DNA of 64,000 bases, taken from Acidobacteriota bacterium. GTDB lineage: Bacteria > Acidobacteriota > Terriglobia > Terriglobales > SCQP01. The DNA is taken from positions 2,523 through 66,522 of the forward strand of contig JAJYIU010000019.1 of NCBI GenBank assembly GCA_021789895.1, read 5' to 3'. Position 1 is the stretch's first letter; every line of letters starts with the position of its first letter. The notes under the pieces are model-generated. The model made no database searches and was not told where the DNA came from. It was given only the letters and a program-made list of their open reading frames with translations. Shown here one piece after another: positions 21,312-32,610 of the stretch. Both the position numbers and the translations under genes were made by a program.

Positions 21312-22391
21312 TCAGCGGTCCGAGTCGCCGGCGCTGGCGATCTGGACCAGCTCGCCCTCGAGCGCTTCCGGCTCGAGGTGCGGCCGCCCGGCGCCGGCCG
21401 GCTTGCCTGCGAGCGCGGGCCGCTGGCGCCCGCGCCACTGATCGAGCAGCGAGGTGTAATGGGCGCAGGCGACGGTGCAAAAGGGCGAACAGGACTTTTC
21501 GGTGAAAAACTCGCGGCGGATATCCTCGCGCGTGTAGCCGGCAAGCGGCACACCGGGGTAGCCGCGCTGCTGCGAGCAGTAATGCACCAGCCCGTTTTCG
21601 CAGATGTAGAGGTAGCGGCTGCCGGAGCGGCAGCGCCAGCGGTTGGGCAGCCCGCGGGCGATGTTGTCTTGAAAACGGTTGTAGCGGGCGAAGCTGCGCT
21701 TGCCCAGCGATTTGACCTGGCGATAGATGGCGCCGGCGCGGGCATCTAGGGGGCGAAGCTGGCCATGCCCGTCGTGGATGATGCCGACAGTGGAGATAAA
21801 CCCAAGCTCGACCGCGCGGCGGGCGATCACGAGCGCGTCTTCCGGAAGGGCCACGCCGGCGCCCAGGACCGAGTTGATATTGACGTCGAAGCGGGCGTAG
21901 GCGGCAAGCAACTCGAGCTTTTTATCGAGCACTTTGAGGCTTTTTTTCGAAACCTCGTCGGGCTGCACGTTGTCAATCGAGATTTGCAGGTAATCGAGGC
22001 CGGCCTGGTTCAGGCGCTCGATGCGCTCGCGCACGAGCAGGTAGCCGTTGGTGATGAGGCCGGCCAACATGCCGGCGCGGCGGACGGCGGCAATAATATC
22101 TTCCAGTTGCGGATGCAACAGCGGCTCGCCGCCGCTGATGGTGACCAGGCTGACGCCCAGCCCGGCCAGCTTGCGCACGCGCCGCAGCATTTCTTCGAGC
22201 GGCACCGGCTGGGATACGTCGTCGAACTCGTTGCAATAACCGCAGGCAAGGTTGCAGCGCCGCATCGGCACCATGTGAACCTGGATAGGATGCGTAGTGT
22301 CCATCAGGGCATGCGCCACGGCGCGCCACTCCCGCCAGCGGCGGGAAAGCGGTTTTTTGCGGCGGGCCCGAACGGCATCTTGAGCAGACAT
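21312..22391 (-). CDS. Radical SAM protein with C-terminal Cys-rich (SPASM/twitch-like) region
   Basis: [14 protein letters not shown] (CX3CX2C). ISGGEPLL. C-terminal [20 protein letters not shown]...CSPFCTVAC. Confidence 0.85.
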   Translation of the reverse strand: MSAQDAVRARRKKPLSRRWREWRAVAHALMDTTHPIQVHMVPMRRCNLACGYCNEFDDVSQPVPLEEMLRRVRKLAGLGVSLVTISGGEPLLHPQLEDIIAAVRRAGMLAGLITNGYLLVRERIERLNQAGLDYLQISIDNVQPDEVSKKSLKVLDKKLELLAAYARFDVNINSVLGAGVALPEDALVIARRAVELGFISTVGIIHDGHGQLRPLDARAGAIYRQVKSLGKRSFARYNRFQDNIARGLPNRWRCRSGSRYLYICENGLVHYCSQQRGYPGVPLAGYTREDIRREFFTEKSCSPFCTVACAHYTSLLDQWRGRQRPALAGKPAGAGRPHLEPEALEGELVQIASAGDSDR

Positions 22392-22520
22392 AGGACAGCG
22401 TAGTTTCGCCGATCCTGCCCGCGCTTGTCATCCCACCTGCAGGGAAAAGGCAATTCCCCGCAGTCAACGGCTGCTACCGCGGGTGAAGATGCGATTCAGG
22501 CTGCTTTAGACTGAAAGGGC

Positions 22521-25292
22521 GTGGCGTGGCGATTCTCTTTCCGGCAACCGGGTACCTGGCGGCAGCAACTACGGCGGTGGCTGACCCTAGCCTTGCTGGC
22601 CGGGGCGGGCGTGGTGCTGGCGTTCTATCTGCGCGGCCGGATGCGCCATTCAGCGCCGCCGGTCCCGCGGGTGCAACTGACGATCCGGGAAAGCGCGCAT
22701 GGGTTCGAGCTGAACCGCAGCCTGGGCGGGCGCACCCTGTTCCGCCTGCAGGCGGCCACGGCGGTGCAGCTTCGCCGTCACCAACGCGCAATCCTGCGGC
22801 AGGTCAAAATCGACATTTACCAGGCCGACGGCCAGCATGTGGATCAGCTTTACGGGCAGAAATTCGAATACCGGCCGGAAAGCGGCATGGTCACCGCGCC
22901 GGGTTTGGTCCACATTGATCTGGGAGGACGGCTGGGACCGGAGACGGGGTTTCAACAGCCGCCGAGCGAGGAGCGGGGCAATCCGATCCATATCGAAGCC
23001 CACAACCTCAATTTCAACCTGCATACCGGGCTGGGAGTTTCGAGCGGTGGAATCCAGTTTCGCTACCTCGAAGCCAGCGGCCAGGCCGACAGCGTATTTT
23101 TAAGCTCGCATCCGAACCAGGCCCGGCTGGAAGGCGGGGTGCAACTGGTCTGGCGCCGTCCAGGGCAACCGGAATTTCGTCTCCGCGCGCAGCAGGCGTT
23201 GCTGGATCGCGCGACCGAAACGATTATGCTGCGCGGGCAGCCGGGCCAGCCGGTTGAAATCGTGCAACTGGGGTTCACGGGCGGGGCGGCGCGCGCGCAA
23301 CCGGCGGGATTGCGCCAAACGGCGGCGGAGCCTCCCACGGCGCGCTTCGAAGCGCCGGTCATGACGCTGTACCTGCGCCCGGACTATTCCGTCGCCCGGA
23401 TGCATTTTACCGGCGGCCTGCGCGGCCAATGGCTGGCAGCCAATCAACGCATGAACCTGCGCTCCGCCTCGGGCTGGCTGTGGATGCGCCCCACGGCGTC
23501 TGCGGCAAACCCGCAGGCGCGATCCGCCGCCCTCCGGGCAGCGGCAGGGCTTGCGCGCAAGGCCGCCGCGGCGCAGCCAAAACGCAAAGCGAATCCGCGC
23601 CCCGCCTCCGGACGGCTGGCCAATAATCTGCTGCCGCGCCAAAGCGCGCAGATTGCGAGCCTGCGGCTGCGCGGAGACGTCGTCATTCACCGCCTGCTGC
23701 CGGGCCAGACTGAAACCCTGCAGGCGCAACTGATCGAAGCCGGATTCGCTCCCGGCAATCACCTGCGCCACGTGACCATGCGCGGCTCGGCGCAACTCGA
23801 AATACGCCATGCGGCCGGCGCCGCGAAGGCGGCCGGAAAAGCAACGTCCCGGGTGGCGGCCGCGTCCGCCCAACCGCCTGCCGGCGGCCTACGGCTTCCC
23901 AGCCTGCCGTTTCCGGGGGCAGCGTCGGGGCAGGGCGACTGGACGATTGCAGCGCCGCGCCTGGATTTTGCCTTTCAGCCGGGCGGCGCAGCGCCGGGCA
24001 CGCTGGCGCGGATTACCCGCCTGCCCTCCAGCCGGCTCAAGCAGGTTATCGCCGCGCAGGCGGGATCGGCGACGCCTCCGCGGCTGATTTTTCAGGCGCC
24101 CGGCCGGACCCCGGCCAGCGCGCAAAGCCCGCATATGCAGTTCGAATTCGGCGGCAACAACCGCATCCAATCCGCAGGAATGTCGGGTGGTGTGCGGCTG
24201 CAATCGGCGCGCCGCTCGCCGCACGGCCTCGAAGCGCGGGTCAATACCGCCGAGCGGCTGCAGATGCAATTCGATGCGGCCGGCAGACTGGAGTTCGCCC
24301 GCGAAGACGGGCGGGTCGAGCTTCGCCAGGGAACGGCCACGGCGCGCGCCGACCAGTTACGCTATGCCGCGGCCAGCGAACAGGTGCGGCTGCTGGCATT
24401 GAATGGCAGCGATTACAGCGGCGGCCAGGTCCAGGTGCGGACGCCGCAGTTCCGGCTGATGTCGCGCGAGGTGATTGCGGTGCGTTCGACCGGGCTGGTG
24501 CGCACGCCGGGCGCGGTGCGCATCGCCATGCTGCCGCAAGCCGGCATGGGACTGAATTTTCTGCCTGCCTCCGGGCCGGCCGGCGCCGCCACTGGACGAA
24601 ACGATGGCGAAACGGTCAATCTCGCCGCGGGCGCCATGGAAGCCTACCAGAACACCGGCTGGGCGCTGTTCACTCATTCGGCGCGGCTCTGGCAGGGGCC
24701 AAACCTGATCTCCGCCGACCGCCTGCTTTTTGAACGCAGCCGGCAAACGTTGGCGGCCGGCGGCGGAGTCTCCAGCGTATTCATGCTGCCGGCCGCCAAG
24801 CCGGGCGCGAAGAACCGGCCGGGGCTGAAAATTCCCGGCCGTCAGGGAACGTCTGGCGCCCAACCGGCGCGCAGCCTGGCGATCCGGTCGCAAAGCCTGC
24901 AATTTTCCCAATTGCGGCATGAAGCCACTTATTCCGGCGCGGTAACTATGACCAGCGGCGCAACCGAAATGCACGCCCACCTGCTCCACATCTTTTTCAG
25001 CGCCGGAGCCCAAGCCCACGGTGCCGGCCAACTGCGGCGGGTCGAGGCTCTGGGCGCGGTGAAGCTGCGTTCCAAAACCCGCCGCGGACAAGCTGAACGG
25101 GTGGATTATGACTTAGCGCGCAACCTTATCACTATGCAGGGAGGAACGCCAAGCATTTATGATGCCGAACTCGGATTTTTAACCGGCCGTTCGTTGACTT
25201 TCAATCCTGCCGAGGATAGCATTAAGGTCGAAAGCTGGTCGAATGCAAGGATTTACACTACTTATTACCCGAAGAAACAAAATCCGCAATGA
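22521..25292 (+). CDS. Giant LptC/LptA (OstA)-like periplasmic LPS-transport bridge protein
   Basis: GTG start. N-terminal TM helix [18 protein letters not shown]. Repetitive beta-rich segments. C-terminus [36 protein letters not shown] is LptA-like. Overlaps lptB by 4 nt, in the canonical lptC-lptA-lptB-rpoN position. Confidence 0.65.
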   Translation: MAWRFSFRQPGTWRQQLRRWLTLALLAGAGVVLAFYLRGRMRHSAPPVPRVQLTIRESAHGFELNRSLGGRTLFRLQAATAVQLRRHQRAILRQVKIDIYQADGQHVDQLYGQKFEYRPESGMVTAPGLVHIDLGGRLGPETGFQQPPSEERGNPIHIEAHNLNFNLHTGLGVSSGGIQFRYLEASGQADSVFLSSHPNQARLEGGVQLVWRRPGQPEFRLRAQQALLDRATETIMLRGQPGQPVEIVQLGFTGGAARAQPAGLRQTAAEPPTARFEAPVMTLYLRPDYSVARMHFTGGLRGQWLAANQRMNLRSASGWLWMRPTASAANPQARSAALRAAAGLARKAAAAQPKRKANPRPASGRLANNLLPRQSAQIASLRLRGDVVIHRLLPGQTETLQAQLIEAGFAPGNHLRHVTMRGSAQLEIRHAAGAAKAAGKATSRVAAASAQPPAGGLRLPSLPFPGAASGQGDWTIAAPRLDFAFQPGGAAPGTLARITRLPSSRLKQVIAAQAGSATPPRLIFQAPGRTPASAQSPHMQFEFGGNNRIQSAGMSGGVRLQSARRSPHGLEARVNTAERLQMQFDAAGRLEFAREDGRVELRQGTATARADQLRYAAASEQVRLLALNGSDYSGGQVQVRTPQFRLMSREVIAVRSTGLVRTPGAVRIAMLPQAGMGLNFLPASGPAGAATGRNDGETVNLAAGAMEAYQNTGWALFTHSARLWQGPNLISADRLLFERSRQTLAAGGGVSSVFMLPAAKPGAKNRPGLKIPGRQGTSGAQPARSLAIRSQSLQFSQLRHEATYSGAVTMTSGATEMHAHLLHIFFSAGAQAHGAGQLRRVEALGAVKLRSKTRRGQAERVDYDLARNLITMQGGTPSIYDAELGFLTGRSLTFNPAEDSIKVESWSNARIYTTYYPKKQNPQ

Positions 25293-26047
25293 GGTTGGAA
25301 ACTAACTTGCAGCCGGCATCCGCCCATCTACTTGCGGCAGACCAGATCGGCAAGGACTTTCGAGGTCGAAAGGTAGTGCATGGGGTCAGCCTGAATATCG
25401 AGCGGGGCGAGGTGGTTGGGCTATTGGGGCCGAACGGCGCCGGCAAGACCACCACCTTTCACATGATCGTGGGGCTGCTCACCCCGGATACCGGCCGCAT
25501 ACGCTTGGATGATCAGGACATCACCGCCATGCCGATGTACGAGCGGGCGCGGAAGGGCATCAGCTACCTTCCCCAGGAAGCTTCGATTTTCCGCAAGCTG
25601 ACGGTGGAACAGAACCTGCTGGCCATCCTCGAAACGCTGCCGCTCGATACCGCCGGACGGCAGGAGCGGTTGGAAGCGCTGCTGGAGCAGTTCGGGCTGA
25701 ATAAAGTGCGGCGCACGCCCGGCTATGCGCTTTCCGGAGGCGAGCGGCGCCGCACCGAGATTGCCCGCGGACTGGTGCTGAACCCGATCTTTATCCTGCT
25801 GGACGAGCCCTTTTCCGGAATCGATCCGATTGCGGTGCTGGACATTCAACGCATCATCTTCGATCTGCGGCGGCGCGGCATCGGGGTCTTGATTACCGAT
25901 CATAATGTGCGCGAAACGCTGTCGGTCACCGACCGGGCGTATATCATTAACAACGGGGTTATTTTCCGCGCCGGCGCACCGCGCGATCTCGGCAGCGACG
26001 AGGAAGTCCGCCGGGTTTACCTGGGAGAAAGTTTTACTCTGGCCTGA
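25289..26047 (+). CDS. lptB: LPS export ABC transporter ATP-binding protein LptB
   Basis: [39 protein letters not shown]. Context immediately upstream of rpoN. Confidence 0.93.
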   Translation: MRLETNLQPASAHLLAADQIGKDFRGRKVVHGVSLNIERGEVVGLLGPNGAGKTTTFHMIVGLLTPDTGRIRLDDQDITAMPMYERARKGISYLPQEASIFRKLTVEQNLLAILETLPLDTAGRQERLEALLEQFGLNKVRRTPGYALSGGERRRTEIARGLVLNPIFILLDEPFSGIDPIAVLDIQRIIFDLRRRGIGVLITDHNVRETLSVTDRAYIINNGVIFRAGAPRDLGSDEEVRRVYLGESFTLA

Positions 26048-26050
26048 AGT

Positions 26051-27790
26051 ATGCATATTGGTCCCAAATTAGTTCCCAAGCCGGCCCTGAAGCAGACGCT
26101 GACGCCGGGGCTGGTACAGATGGTCAACCTGCTGACCCTGAACAAGCTGGATTTGCAGGAAGCGATCACGCAGGAACTGCTGGAAAACCCGCTGCTCGAT
26201 GAGGTTCAGGAGCCGGACGAATCCACCGAGCCGATCACGATCGATCAGCTAATCGAAGCCGAAAGCCGGTTACGCCAGGCCGCGGACCAGGAAGTGCTGG
26301 ATGCGGCACGGGAGCCGGCGGCGGCCGAGGCCCCGGCGCCGGCGGAGGCGGCGGGCGAGGAATCCAGCGCTCCGGCGGCGTATGAAGGGGCGGGAACGTC
26401 CGGCCTGGAAGCCCGCATCGCCGGCGAGCGCCGCGGCGAAGCGGAGGGAGCGGAGACGGGCGCGGAACCCGGAGCGGAAGCGGGAATCGAGGCGGGCGCG
26501 GAGCCGGCGGCGGAAGCCGCCGCCGAGCCCGGGGCGATGGATCCGTTTGAAGAAATCGATTTCGGCGACTTCTTCGAAAAGTACCTCGATCCGGGCAGCT
26601 TTATCGGCGAGAGCGAAGAGATCGAGCGGCCGACCTATGAGAATTTTCTCAGCGCGCCCACCACGCTGACCGACCACCTGCGCTGGCAGCTCAGCGTGTC
26701 GCCCGCGGATGAGGCGGTGCGCGAGGCGGCGGAAGCGATCATCGGCAACCTGGACGAAAACGGCTATCTGACCGCGGATGAAGAGCGCGGCCAGCGCCCG
26801 CTGCAATTGGAGGAAATCGCGGAGGCGGAACAACTGCCGCTGGCGGCGATCCAAGCGGGGCTGGAGCTGGTGCAAAGCTTCGATCCGCCGGGCGTGGCCT
26901 GCCGCGATCTGCGCGAGTGCCTGCTACTGCAGCTCCGACAATGCCCGCTGCTGCAGCCGCTGGCGCTGACGCTGGTGGAAGAGTATCTGCCGGCGCTGCA
27001 AAACCGGGATTACAAGGGGATCGCGCGCGCCCTGGGGGTGCCGGTGGAAAGCGTGCAGGCGGCATTGGCGACCATCCGCAGGCTCGATCCGCATCCCGGC
27101 CGGCGCTACAACAAAGCCCAGGCGCGGCTGATCGAACCCGACCTGTTTTTCGTCAAGGGCCGCGCCCATCCCTGCCCCATCTGCGGGCGCGAAGACTGCG
27201 AAAACGAATACCGCATCCTGCTCAACGACGACGGCCTGCCGCAGCTCACCATCAACCGCGGCTATCGCTCGATGAAGTGGGACAAGAGCGAACGCGAGGT
27301 TTCGCGCTACATCCGCGAGCGCTACAGCAGCGCTATCCAGTTCCTGAAGAACCTGGAGCAGCGCAAGCAGACCATCGCCCGCGTCTGCCACTCGATCATC
27401 GCCCGGCAGGCGGAGTTCCTGGACACCGGCATGGACGCGCTCAAGCCGATGATGATCAAGGAAGTGGCGGAAGAGATCGGCGTCCATCCCTCCACCGTCA
27501 GCCGCGCGGTGGCCAACAAATACGCGCATACCCCGCAAGGCGTGCTGGAGCTGCGCTTCTTTTTCACCGAATCGGTGCAGGGCGAGCGCGGCGGCGAAAC
27601 TTCGCTGGTGAATTTAAAACGCCGGGTCAAGAAACTGATTGAGGAAGAAGACGCGGCGCATCCGCTGACCGACGAGCGGATCACGCTGCTGCTGCGAGGC
27701 GAAGGCATCAACGTCACCCGCCGCACCGTGGCCAAGTACCGCGAAGACATGCACATTCCCTCGACCCACCAACGGCGGCGGAAACCCTGA
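26051..27790 (+). CDS. rpoN: RNA polymerase sigma-54 factor
   Basis: N-terminus LKQTLTPGLVQMVNLLTLNKLDL. Long acidic region II. RpoN box TRRTVAKYRE. Confidence 0.97.
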   Translation: MHIGPKLVPKPALKQTLTPGLVQMVNLLTLNKLDLQEAITQELLENPLLDEVQEPDESTEPITIDQLIEAESRLRQAADQEVLDAAREPAAAEAPAPAEAAGEESSAPAAYEGAGTSGLEARIAGERRGEAEGAETGAEPGAEAGIEAGAEPAAEAAAEPGAMDPFEEIDFGDFFEKYLDPGSFIGESEEIERPTYENFLSAPTTLTDHLRWQLSVSPADEAVREAAEAIIGNLDENGYLTADEERGQRPLQLEEIAEAEQLPLAAIQAGLELVQSFDPPGVACRDLRECLLLQLRQCPLLQPLALTLVEEYLPALQNRDYKGIARALGVPVESVQAALATIRRLDPHPGRRYNKAQARLIEPDLFFVKGRAHPCPICGREDCENEYRILLNDDGLPQLTINRGYRSMKWDKSEREVSRYIRERYSSAIQFLKNLEQRKQTIARVCHSIIARQAEFLDTGMDALKPMMIKEVAEEIGVHPSTVSRAVANKYAHTPQGVLELRFFFTESVQGERGGETSLVNLKRRVKKLIEEEDAAHPLTDERITLLLRGEGINVTRRTVAKYREDMHIPSTHQRRRKP

Positions 27791-27793
27791 GCC

Positions 27794-28705
27794 ATGCCCC
27801 GCAAAGCGTCCGCACCCCGCCGCGGCCGTAGCCCTGAGCGTCACCTGGTCATCCTGACCGGATTGAGCGGATCGGGCAAGGGCTCCGTGCTGCGCGTCTT
27901 CGAAGACAGCGGCTATTATTGCGTCGATAATCTGCCGCTCGAGCTGCTCCCCACCTTCACCGAACTGGTGCGCCAATCGGCCGAAATCGAACGCGCCGCG
28001 CTGGTGGTGGACGTGCGCGAGACCGGCCGGCTGGAATCGCTGCCCGAACTCATCGCCAAGCTGCGCTCAACCTCGCTGCTGCGCCTGACGCTGGTGTTTC
28101 TGGAGGCTTCGGAAGAAGCGCTGGTCCGGCGCTTCAGCGAAACCCGGCGCCCGCACCCGCTCGGCCGGCGCGACCTGCGCGAGGGCATTCGCGCCGAACG
28201 CCGGCGCCTGGCGCAACTGCGTAAAGTGGCCGACCTGGTGCTCGACACTTCGCGCTTCAACGTGCGTGAGCTGCGCGATTACGTCGAGCTGAAAATCATC
28301 CATCCCGAACGCGAACGGGCCATGCAAATCGGCATCGTCAGCTTCGGCTATCGCAACGGGCTGCCGCCCGATGCCGACCTGGTGCTGGACGTGCGCTTTT
28401 TGCCCAACCCCAACTATGTCGCCCGGCTGCGCCACCGCAACGGCCGCGATCCCGAGGTGGCGGCCTTCATCCGCCGCTTTGCCCAGGCCCGGGACTTCCT
28501 CAACCGCATCGCCGCGCTGCTGATCTCGCTGATTCCGCACTACATGGACGAGGGCAAAAGCTATTTGACGATTGCGCTGGGCTGCACCGGCGGGCAGCAT
28601 CGCTCGGTGATGATGGCGGAAGAAATCGGGCGCCGGCTGCGCCGCGCCGGCTATAAGCCGAAAATCCACCATCGCGACCTGCCGCTGGCGGCACGGGAGG
28701 CCTGA
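27794..28705 (+). CDS. rapZ: RNase adapter protein RapZ (YhbJ)
   Basis: LVILTGLSGSGKGSVLRVFEDSGYYCVDNLP ... GCTGGQHRSV. Confidence 0.93.
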   Translation: MPRKASAPRRGRSPERHLVILTGLSGSGKGSVLRVFEDSGYYCVDNLPLELLPTFTELVRQSAEIERAALVVDVRETGRLESLPELIAKLRSTSLLRLTLVFLEASEEALVRRFSETRRPHPLGRRDLREGIRAERRRLAQLRKVADLVLDTSRFNVRELRDYVELKIIHPERERAMQIGIVSFGYRNGLPPDADLVLDVRFLPNPNYVARLRHRNGRDPEVAAFIRRFAQARDFLNRIAALLISLIPHYMDEGKSYLTIALGCTGGQHRSVMMAEEIGRRLRRAGYKPKIHHRDLPLAAREA

Positions 28706-28759
28706 ACCCGCTTCCGGACGCGGCGGTAGCAGCCGGGCCATTTCCGGCTAAAATTGCAC

Positions 28760-30631
28760 ATGCGCGAATGGATGCGACTGGCCCGGCTGGCGGGCCGCTA
28801 TTGGCTGCATCTGGCGCTGGCCATCCTGCTGATGGCCGCCGTTGGCGCCAGCATGGGCGTCCTGGTGCTGCTGTTCGGGGCCGTCATCCAGACCGTCCTC
28901 GCTCCGCATGCCAACGGGCACCATAAAGTGATGCTGCTGCCGCATCTGCCCTTTTTCGGCCGCCCGCTCTACTTGAATACGCTGCTGCCTGGCTGGATTT
29001 CGCATAATCCCGCTTCCATGGTCGCCATCGCGATGATCGTGACCATCGCCTTCAAGGGCCTTTGCCAATATCTCGGCACCTATCTGGTCAACTATGGCGG
29101 CTATGGCTTAGTGACCGATCTGCGCAATCACTTCTACGAGAAACTTATCTATAAATCCGCCTCTTTTTTTCATAAGCATTCCACTCCCAAGCTGATCTCC
29201 ACCGCAATCAACGACATCAACCGCATTCAGACCGGGCTGTCGAACAATCTCGCCGACGCGCTGCGCCAGGGCTTCACCTTGCTCTTCCTGGTGGCCACCA
29301 TCCTGGCGATCAACTGGCAGATGTCGCTGGTGTTGCTGCTGGCCGCGCCGGTGGTGGTGATTCCCAGCGCCCGCATTGGCCGCCTGGTGCGGCGCACCAC
29401 GCGGCGCGGGCTCGACGAGCTGGCCGACGTGCAGCACATCCTGCATGAAACCCTGACCGGCAACCGCGTGGTCAAGGCGTTCAATATGGAATGGCGCGAG
29501 ATTCAGCGCTTTCGCGACGCCGCGATGCGGCTGCTGCGCCAGAACCTGCGCTATATCCAGCAGCAGAATCTCAGCTCGCCGCTGATGGAATTTTTCGCGG
29601 TCGGCTTGATGGCCTTGTATGTGCTGTATGTCCGCAGCTTGATCAACCATGGCTACATGACCAACGGCACCGCGGTCGCGTTTTTCATCGCGCTCACCCA
29701 GCTCTATCAGCCGCTGCGGCGCCTGCCCGGCATCTATAACCATTTTCAGCAGGCGCTGGGCTCGGCGCAGCGGGTCTTCGAGTTCATGGATGCGCGCCAG
29801 GACGTGGTTGAGCGCGAAGGCGCGCGGCGGCTGCGCGGGTTGCGCCAGAGCATCCGCTTCGACCAGGTGGAGTTCGCCTACGAAGGCGAGGAGCCGCTGC
29901 TGCGCGATATCAACCTGGAAATCGCGCGTGGGCAGGTGCTGGCGCTGGTAGGCGCCAGCGGCGCCGGCAAATCCACTCTCGCCAACCTGCTGCCGCGCTT
30001 CTTCGACGTCAGCGGCGGGCGGGTGCTGGTGGATGGCGTGGATGTGCGCGACCTGACGCTGCGCTCGCTGCGCGACCAGATTGCCTACGTCGCTCAGGAT
30101 ACGATTCTGTTCAACGACACCGTCGCCGCCAACATCGCCTATGGCGCCGCCGCCGCCGGCGAAGCCCGCATCCAGGCCGCCGCCAGCGCCGCGCTGGCGC
30201 ACGATTTCATCCTGGCGCTGCCTCAGGGCTATGCCACCCGGCTGGGCGAGCGCGGGCTGCGGCTTTCCGGCGGCGAACGCCAGCGCATCGCGATTGCGCG
30301 GGCGTTGCTGAAAAATGCGCCCATTCTGATTCTGGACGAGGCCACCTCGGCCTTGGATACGGAAAGCGAGATGCTGGTCCAGCGCGCCCTCGGCAACCTG
30401 ATGCTCAACCGCACCGTGCTGGTGATCGCGCATCGCCTCGCCACCATCCGCCGCGCCGATTGCATCGTGGTGCTGGAAAAAGGCCGCATCGTCGAGCAGG
30501 GCACGCATGACGAGCTGCTGGCTTCAAGCGGACGCTACCGCCAGCTCTACGATCTGCAATTCGCCGATAGCGAGGATACGGCGCTGCCGGTTTCCACCCT
30601 GGCGCCCGAGCCCGCGCCCCCGATCGCCTGA
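28760..30631 (+). CDS. msbA: Lipid A export-type ABC transporter permease/ATPase (MsbA-like)
   Basis: ORF from 28754 (TTG); first ATG at 28760. Six-TM N-terminal half. GASGAGKST, LSGGERQRIAIARALL, LILDEATSALD. Confidence 0.88.
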   Translation: MREWMRLARLAGRYWLHLALAILLMAAVGASMGVLVLLFGAVIQTVLAPHANGHHKVMLLPHLPFFGRPLYLNTLLPGWISHNPASMVAIAMIVTIAFKGLCQYLGTYLVNYGGYGLVTDLRNHFYEKLIYKSASFFHKHSTPKLISTAINDINRIQTGLSNNLADALRQGFTLLFLVATILAINWQMSLVLLLAAPVVVIPSARIGRLVRRTTRRGLDELADVQHILHETLTGNRVVKAFNMEWREIQRFRDAAMRLLRQNLRYIQQQNLSSPLMEFFAVGLMALYVLYVRSLINHGYMTNGTAVAFFIALTQLYQPLRRLPGIYNHFQQALGSAQRVFEFMDARQDVVEREGARRLRGLRQSIRFDQVEFAYEGEEPLLRDINLEIARGQVLALVGASGAGKSTLANLLPRFFDVSGGRVLVDGVDVRDLTLRSLRDQIAYVAQDTILFNDTVAANIAYGAAAAGEARIQAAASAALAHDFILALPQGYATRLGERGLRLSGGERQRIAIARALLKNAPILILDEATSALDTESEMLVQRALGNLMLNRTVLVIAHRLATIRRADCIVVLEKGRIVEQGTHDELLASSGRYRQLYDLQFADSEDTALPVSTLAPEPAPPIA

Positions 30632-30632
30632 T

Positions 30633-31568
30633 ATGCCTGCCTCCCCCATCCCCTGCCGCTCGATGACCGGCTTTGCCCAGGCCCAGGCCCAACTGGCGAC
30701 CGTGGCGGGCGCCATCGGCTGCGTGCTGACGCTGAAAAGCGTGAATCACCGCTTCCTCGATTTGAGCCTGCGCCTGCCGCCCGGCTTGGAGTCGCTGGCC
30801 CCGGGCATCGAACGGCGCATCAAGGCGGTGCTGCGCCGCGGCCACGTGGATTGCGCCCTCCAGCTCGAACAGCCGCTGCCGGCGCAATACCGCCTCGATC
30901 CCGCGCTGGCGGAAGCCTACCGCCGCGCCTGGCAGGAATTATCGGGCAAGCCCCCGGCCGCCGCCCGGCGCCCCGACCCGGAGGCAATGCTGGCCGTGCC
31001 CGGCATGCTGGCCGCCGGCCCGCCTTCCGGGCTGCGCGAAGGCGAGGCCGCGAATGGGGCTTTGCCCCGAGGAGTCGAGGAACCGTTGCAGGCCGCGCTG
31101 GCCGGGCTGCTTCGCATGCGGGAATTCGAGGGCGCGGAGCTGCGCCGCGAGCTTGAATCGCGGCTGGGCCAATTGGGCGCCGAGGTGGAGCGGATCGCGG
31201 CGCGCCAGCCCGATTTGAACGCCGCCCTGCGCGATCGCCTGCGCCGCCGGCTGTTGGAATTGGCCAACGCCAGCGTGAGCGAGGAACGCCTGGCCCAGGA
31301 GGCCGCCCTGCTCGCCGACCGGGCGGACATCAGCGAGGAAATCGCGCGCCTGCGCGCGCACGCGCAGCAATTCGCCGCGACCCTGGCCGCCGGCGGCGAA
31401 ATCGGGAAAAAATTGGAATTCCTGCTGCAGGAAATGCAGCGCGAGGCGGGAACGCTGCTGGCCAAAATCAGCAGCGCTTCCGAACCCGGCCTGGAAATCA
31501 CCGAGGCCGGGCTGCGCATCCGGCTGGAACTCGAAAAGTTGCGCGAACAGGTGCAAAATCTGGAATGA
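30633..31568 (+). CDS. yicC: YicC-family stress-induced protein
   Basis: ATG 30633, one nt after the msbA stop. SMTGFAQAQ...LKSVNHRFLDLSLRLP. C-terminal LEFLLQEMQREAGTLLAKI...LREQVQNLE. Confidence 0.88.
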   Translation: MPASPIPCRSMTGFAQAQAQLATVAGAIGCVLTLKSVNHRFLDLSLRLPPGLESLAPGIERRIKAVLRRGHVDCALQLEQPLPAQYRLDPALAEAYRRAWQELSGKPPAAARRPDPEAMLAVPGMLAAGPPSGLREGEAANGALPRGVEEPLQAALAGLLRMREFEGAELRRELESRLGQLGAEVERIAARQPDLNAALRDRLRRRLLELANASVSEERLAQEAALLADRADISEEIARLRAHAQQFAATLAAGGEIGKKLEFLLQEMQREAGTLLAKISSASEPGLEITEAGLRIRLELEKLREQVQNLE

Positions 31569-32320
31569 CGCCGCCCCCTTCCGCCTCGGATCGCATGCCC
31601 GCCGCCGCTCCCCTCCAGTCCACTCCGGACGCCCCGCTGCTGTTCATCCTCTCCGCTCCCTCCGGTTCGGGCAAAAGCACGCTGGTGCGCGAGCTGTTGC
31701 GACTGGTGCCGGGCTTGGAGTTCTCGATTTCCTACACCACCCGCCCGCCCCGCGGCAGCGAAGTCCACGGACGGGAGTATTTCTTCATCGGCCGGAACGA
31801 GTTCGAGGCGATGCGGCGCGCCGGCGACTTTCTGGAAACCGCTGAAGTTTTCGGTTACCACTACGGCACCGCCTGGCATTATCTGGAAGACGCCCGCCGG
31901 CAGGGGCGCGACCTGTTGCTCGACATTGACGTGCAGGGCGCGGCCCTGGTGCGGGCGCGGCGCCCGGACGCCATCGGGATTTTCATTGCCCCGCCCGACC
32001 GTAAAACCCTGGAATGGCGCCTGCGCAACCGCGGCCAGGATAGCGAAGCTGCCATGGAAACCCGTTTGCGCGACGCTTCGCGCGAGATTGCCGCGTATAA
32101 TAAATATGACTATCTGCTGCTCAATGACCGGCTGGAGGAATCCGTCGAGCGCTTGAGCGCCATTGTTGAAAGCGAGCGCGCCCGGGCCCGCGGCCCGCGG
32201 CCGGAAGAAAGCGAATCCGACCGGCGGCATCGCGAAGCCTTGGCCGCCAGTTGCCGGCGCGAAGCAGCGGCTCAGCGGCTCGTACCTGTCCTGCGGTCCT
32301 TTGGCATCGCGGACCCATAA
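31565..32320 (+). CDS. gmk: Guanylate kinase (with about 50-aa C-terminal extension)
   Basis: LFILSAPSGSGKSTLVREL, SISYTTRPPRGSEVHGREYFF. Confidence 0.93.
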   Translation: MTPPPSASDRMPAAAPLQSTPDAPLLFILSAPSGSGKSTLVRELLRLVPGLEFSISYTTRPPRGSEVHGREYFFIGRNEFEAMRRAGDFLETAEVFGYHYGTAWHYLEDARRQGRDLLLDIDVQGAALVRARRPDAIGIFIAPPDRKTLEWRLRNRGQDSEAAMETRLRDASREIAAYNKYDYLLLNDRLEESVERLSAIVESERARARGPRPEESESDRRHREALAASCRREAAAQRLVPVLRSFGIADP

Positions 32321-32364
32321 TCGACCCCGGCAGCGCGGCCCGGCGCGCTCCAAGGAGAAGCTGC

Positions 32365-32592
32365 ATGCAGGCCTATAAAAGCATCGAAGAAATTCCCAGC
32401 CGCTATGAGTTCGTCCACGTCGTCGCCCGGCGGGCGCGCAAAATCCAAAATGGCGCCCGACCGATGTTGAATACCCCGGTGAAGAAACCCACGCGCATCG
32501 CGGAACTGGAAACCATGTCCGGCATGGTGGAGTATTACCATCTGCCGGCCGCGTCCGAAACCGAGCCGGAAGCGGAAAAATCGGAAAAATAA
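32365..32592 (+). CDS. rpoZ: DNA-directed RNA polymerase subunit omega
   Basis: ORF 32251..32592, start moved to ATG 32365 (SD AAGGAG). RYEFVHVVARRARKIQNG. Confidence 0.85.
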   Translation: MQAYKSIEEIPSRYEFVHVVARRARKIQNGARPMLNTPVKKPTRIAELETMSGMVEYYHLPAASETEPEAEKSEK

Positions 32593-32610
32593 GCCTCGGC
32601 GCCGCCGGTT

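Noticed and set aside
26270-26875. Arg-rich ORFs on both strands within rpoN
   Set aside because: They overlap the acidic Ala/Glu-rich region II of sigma-54. They are frame-shifted readings of low-complexity coding DNA.
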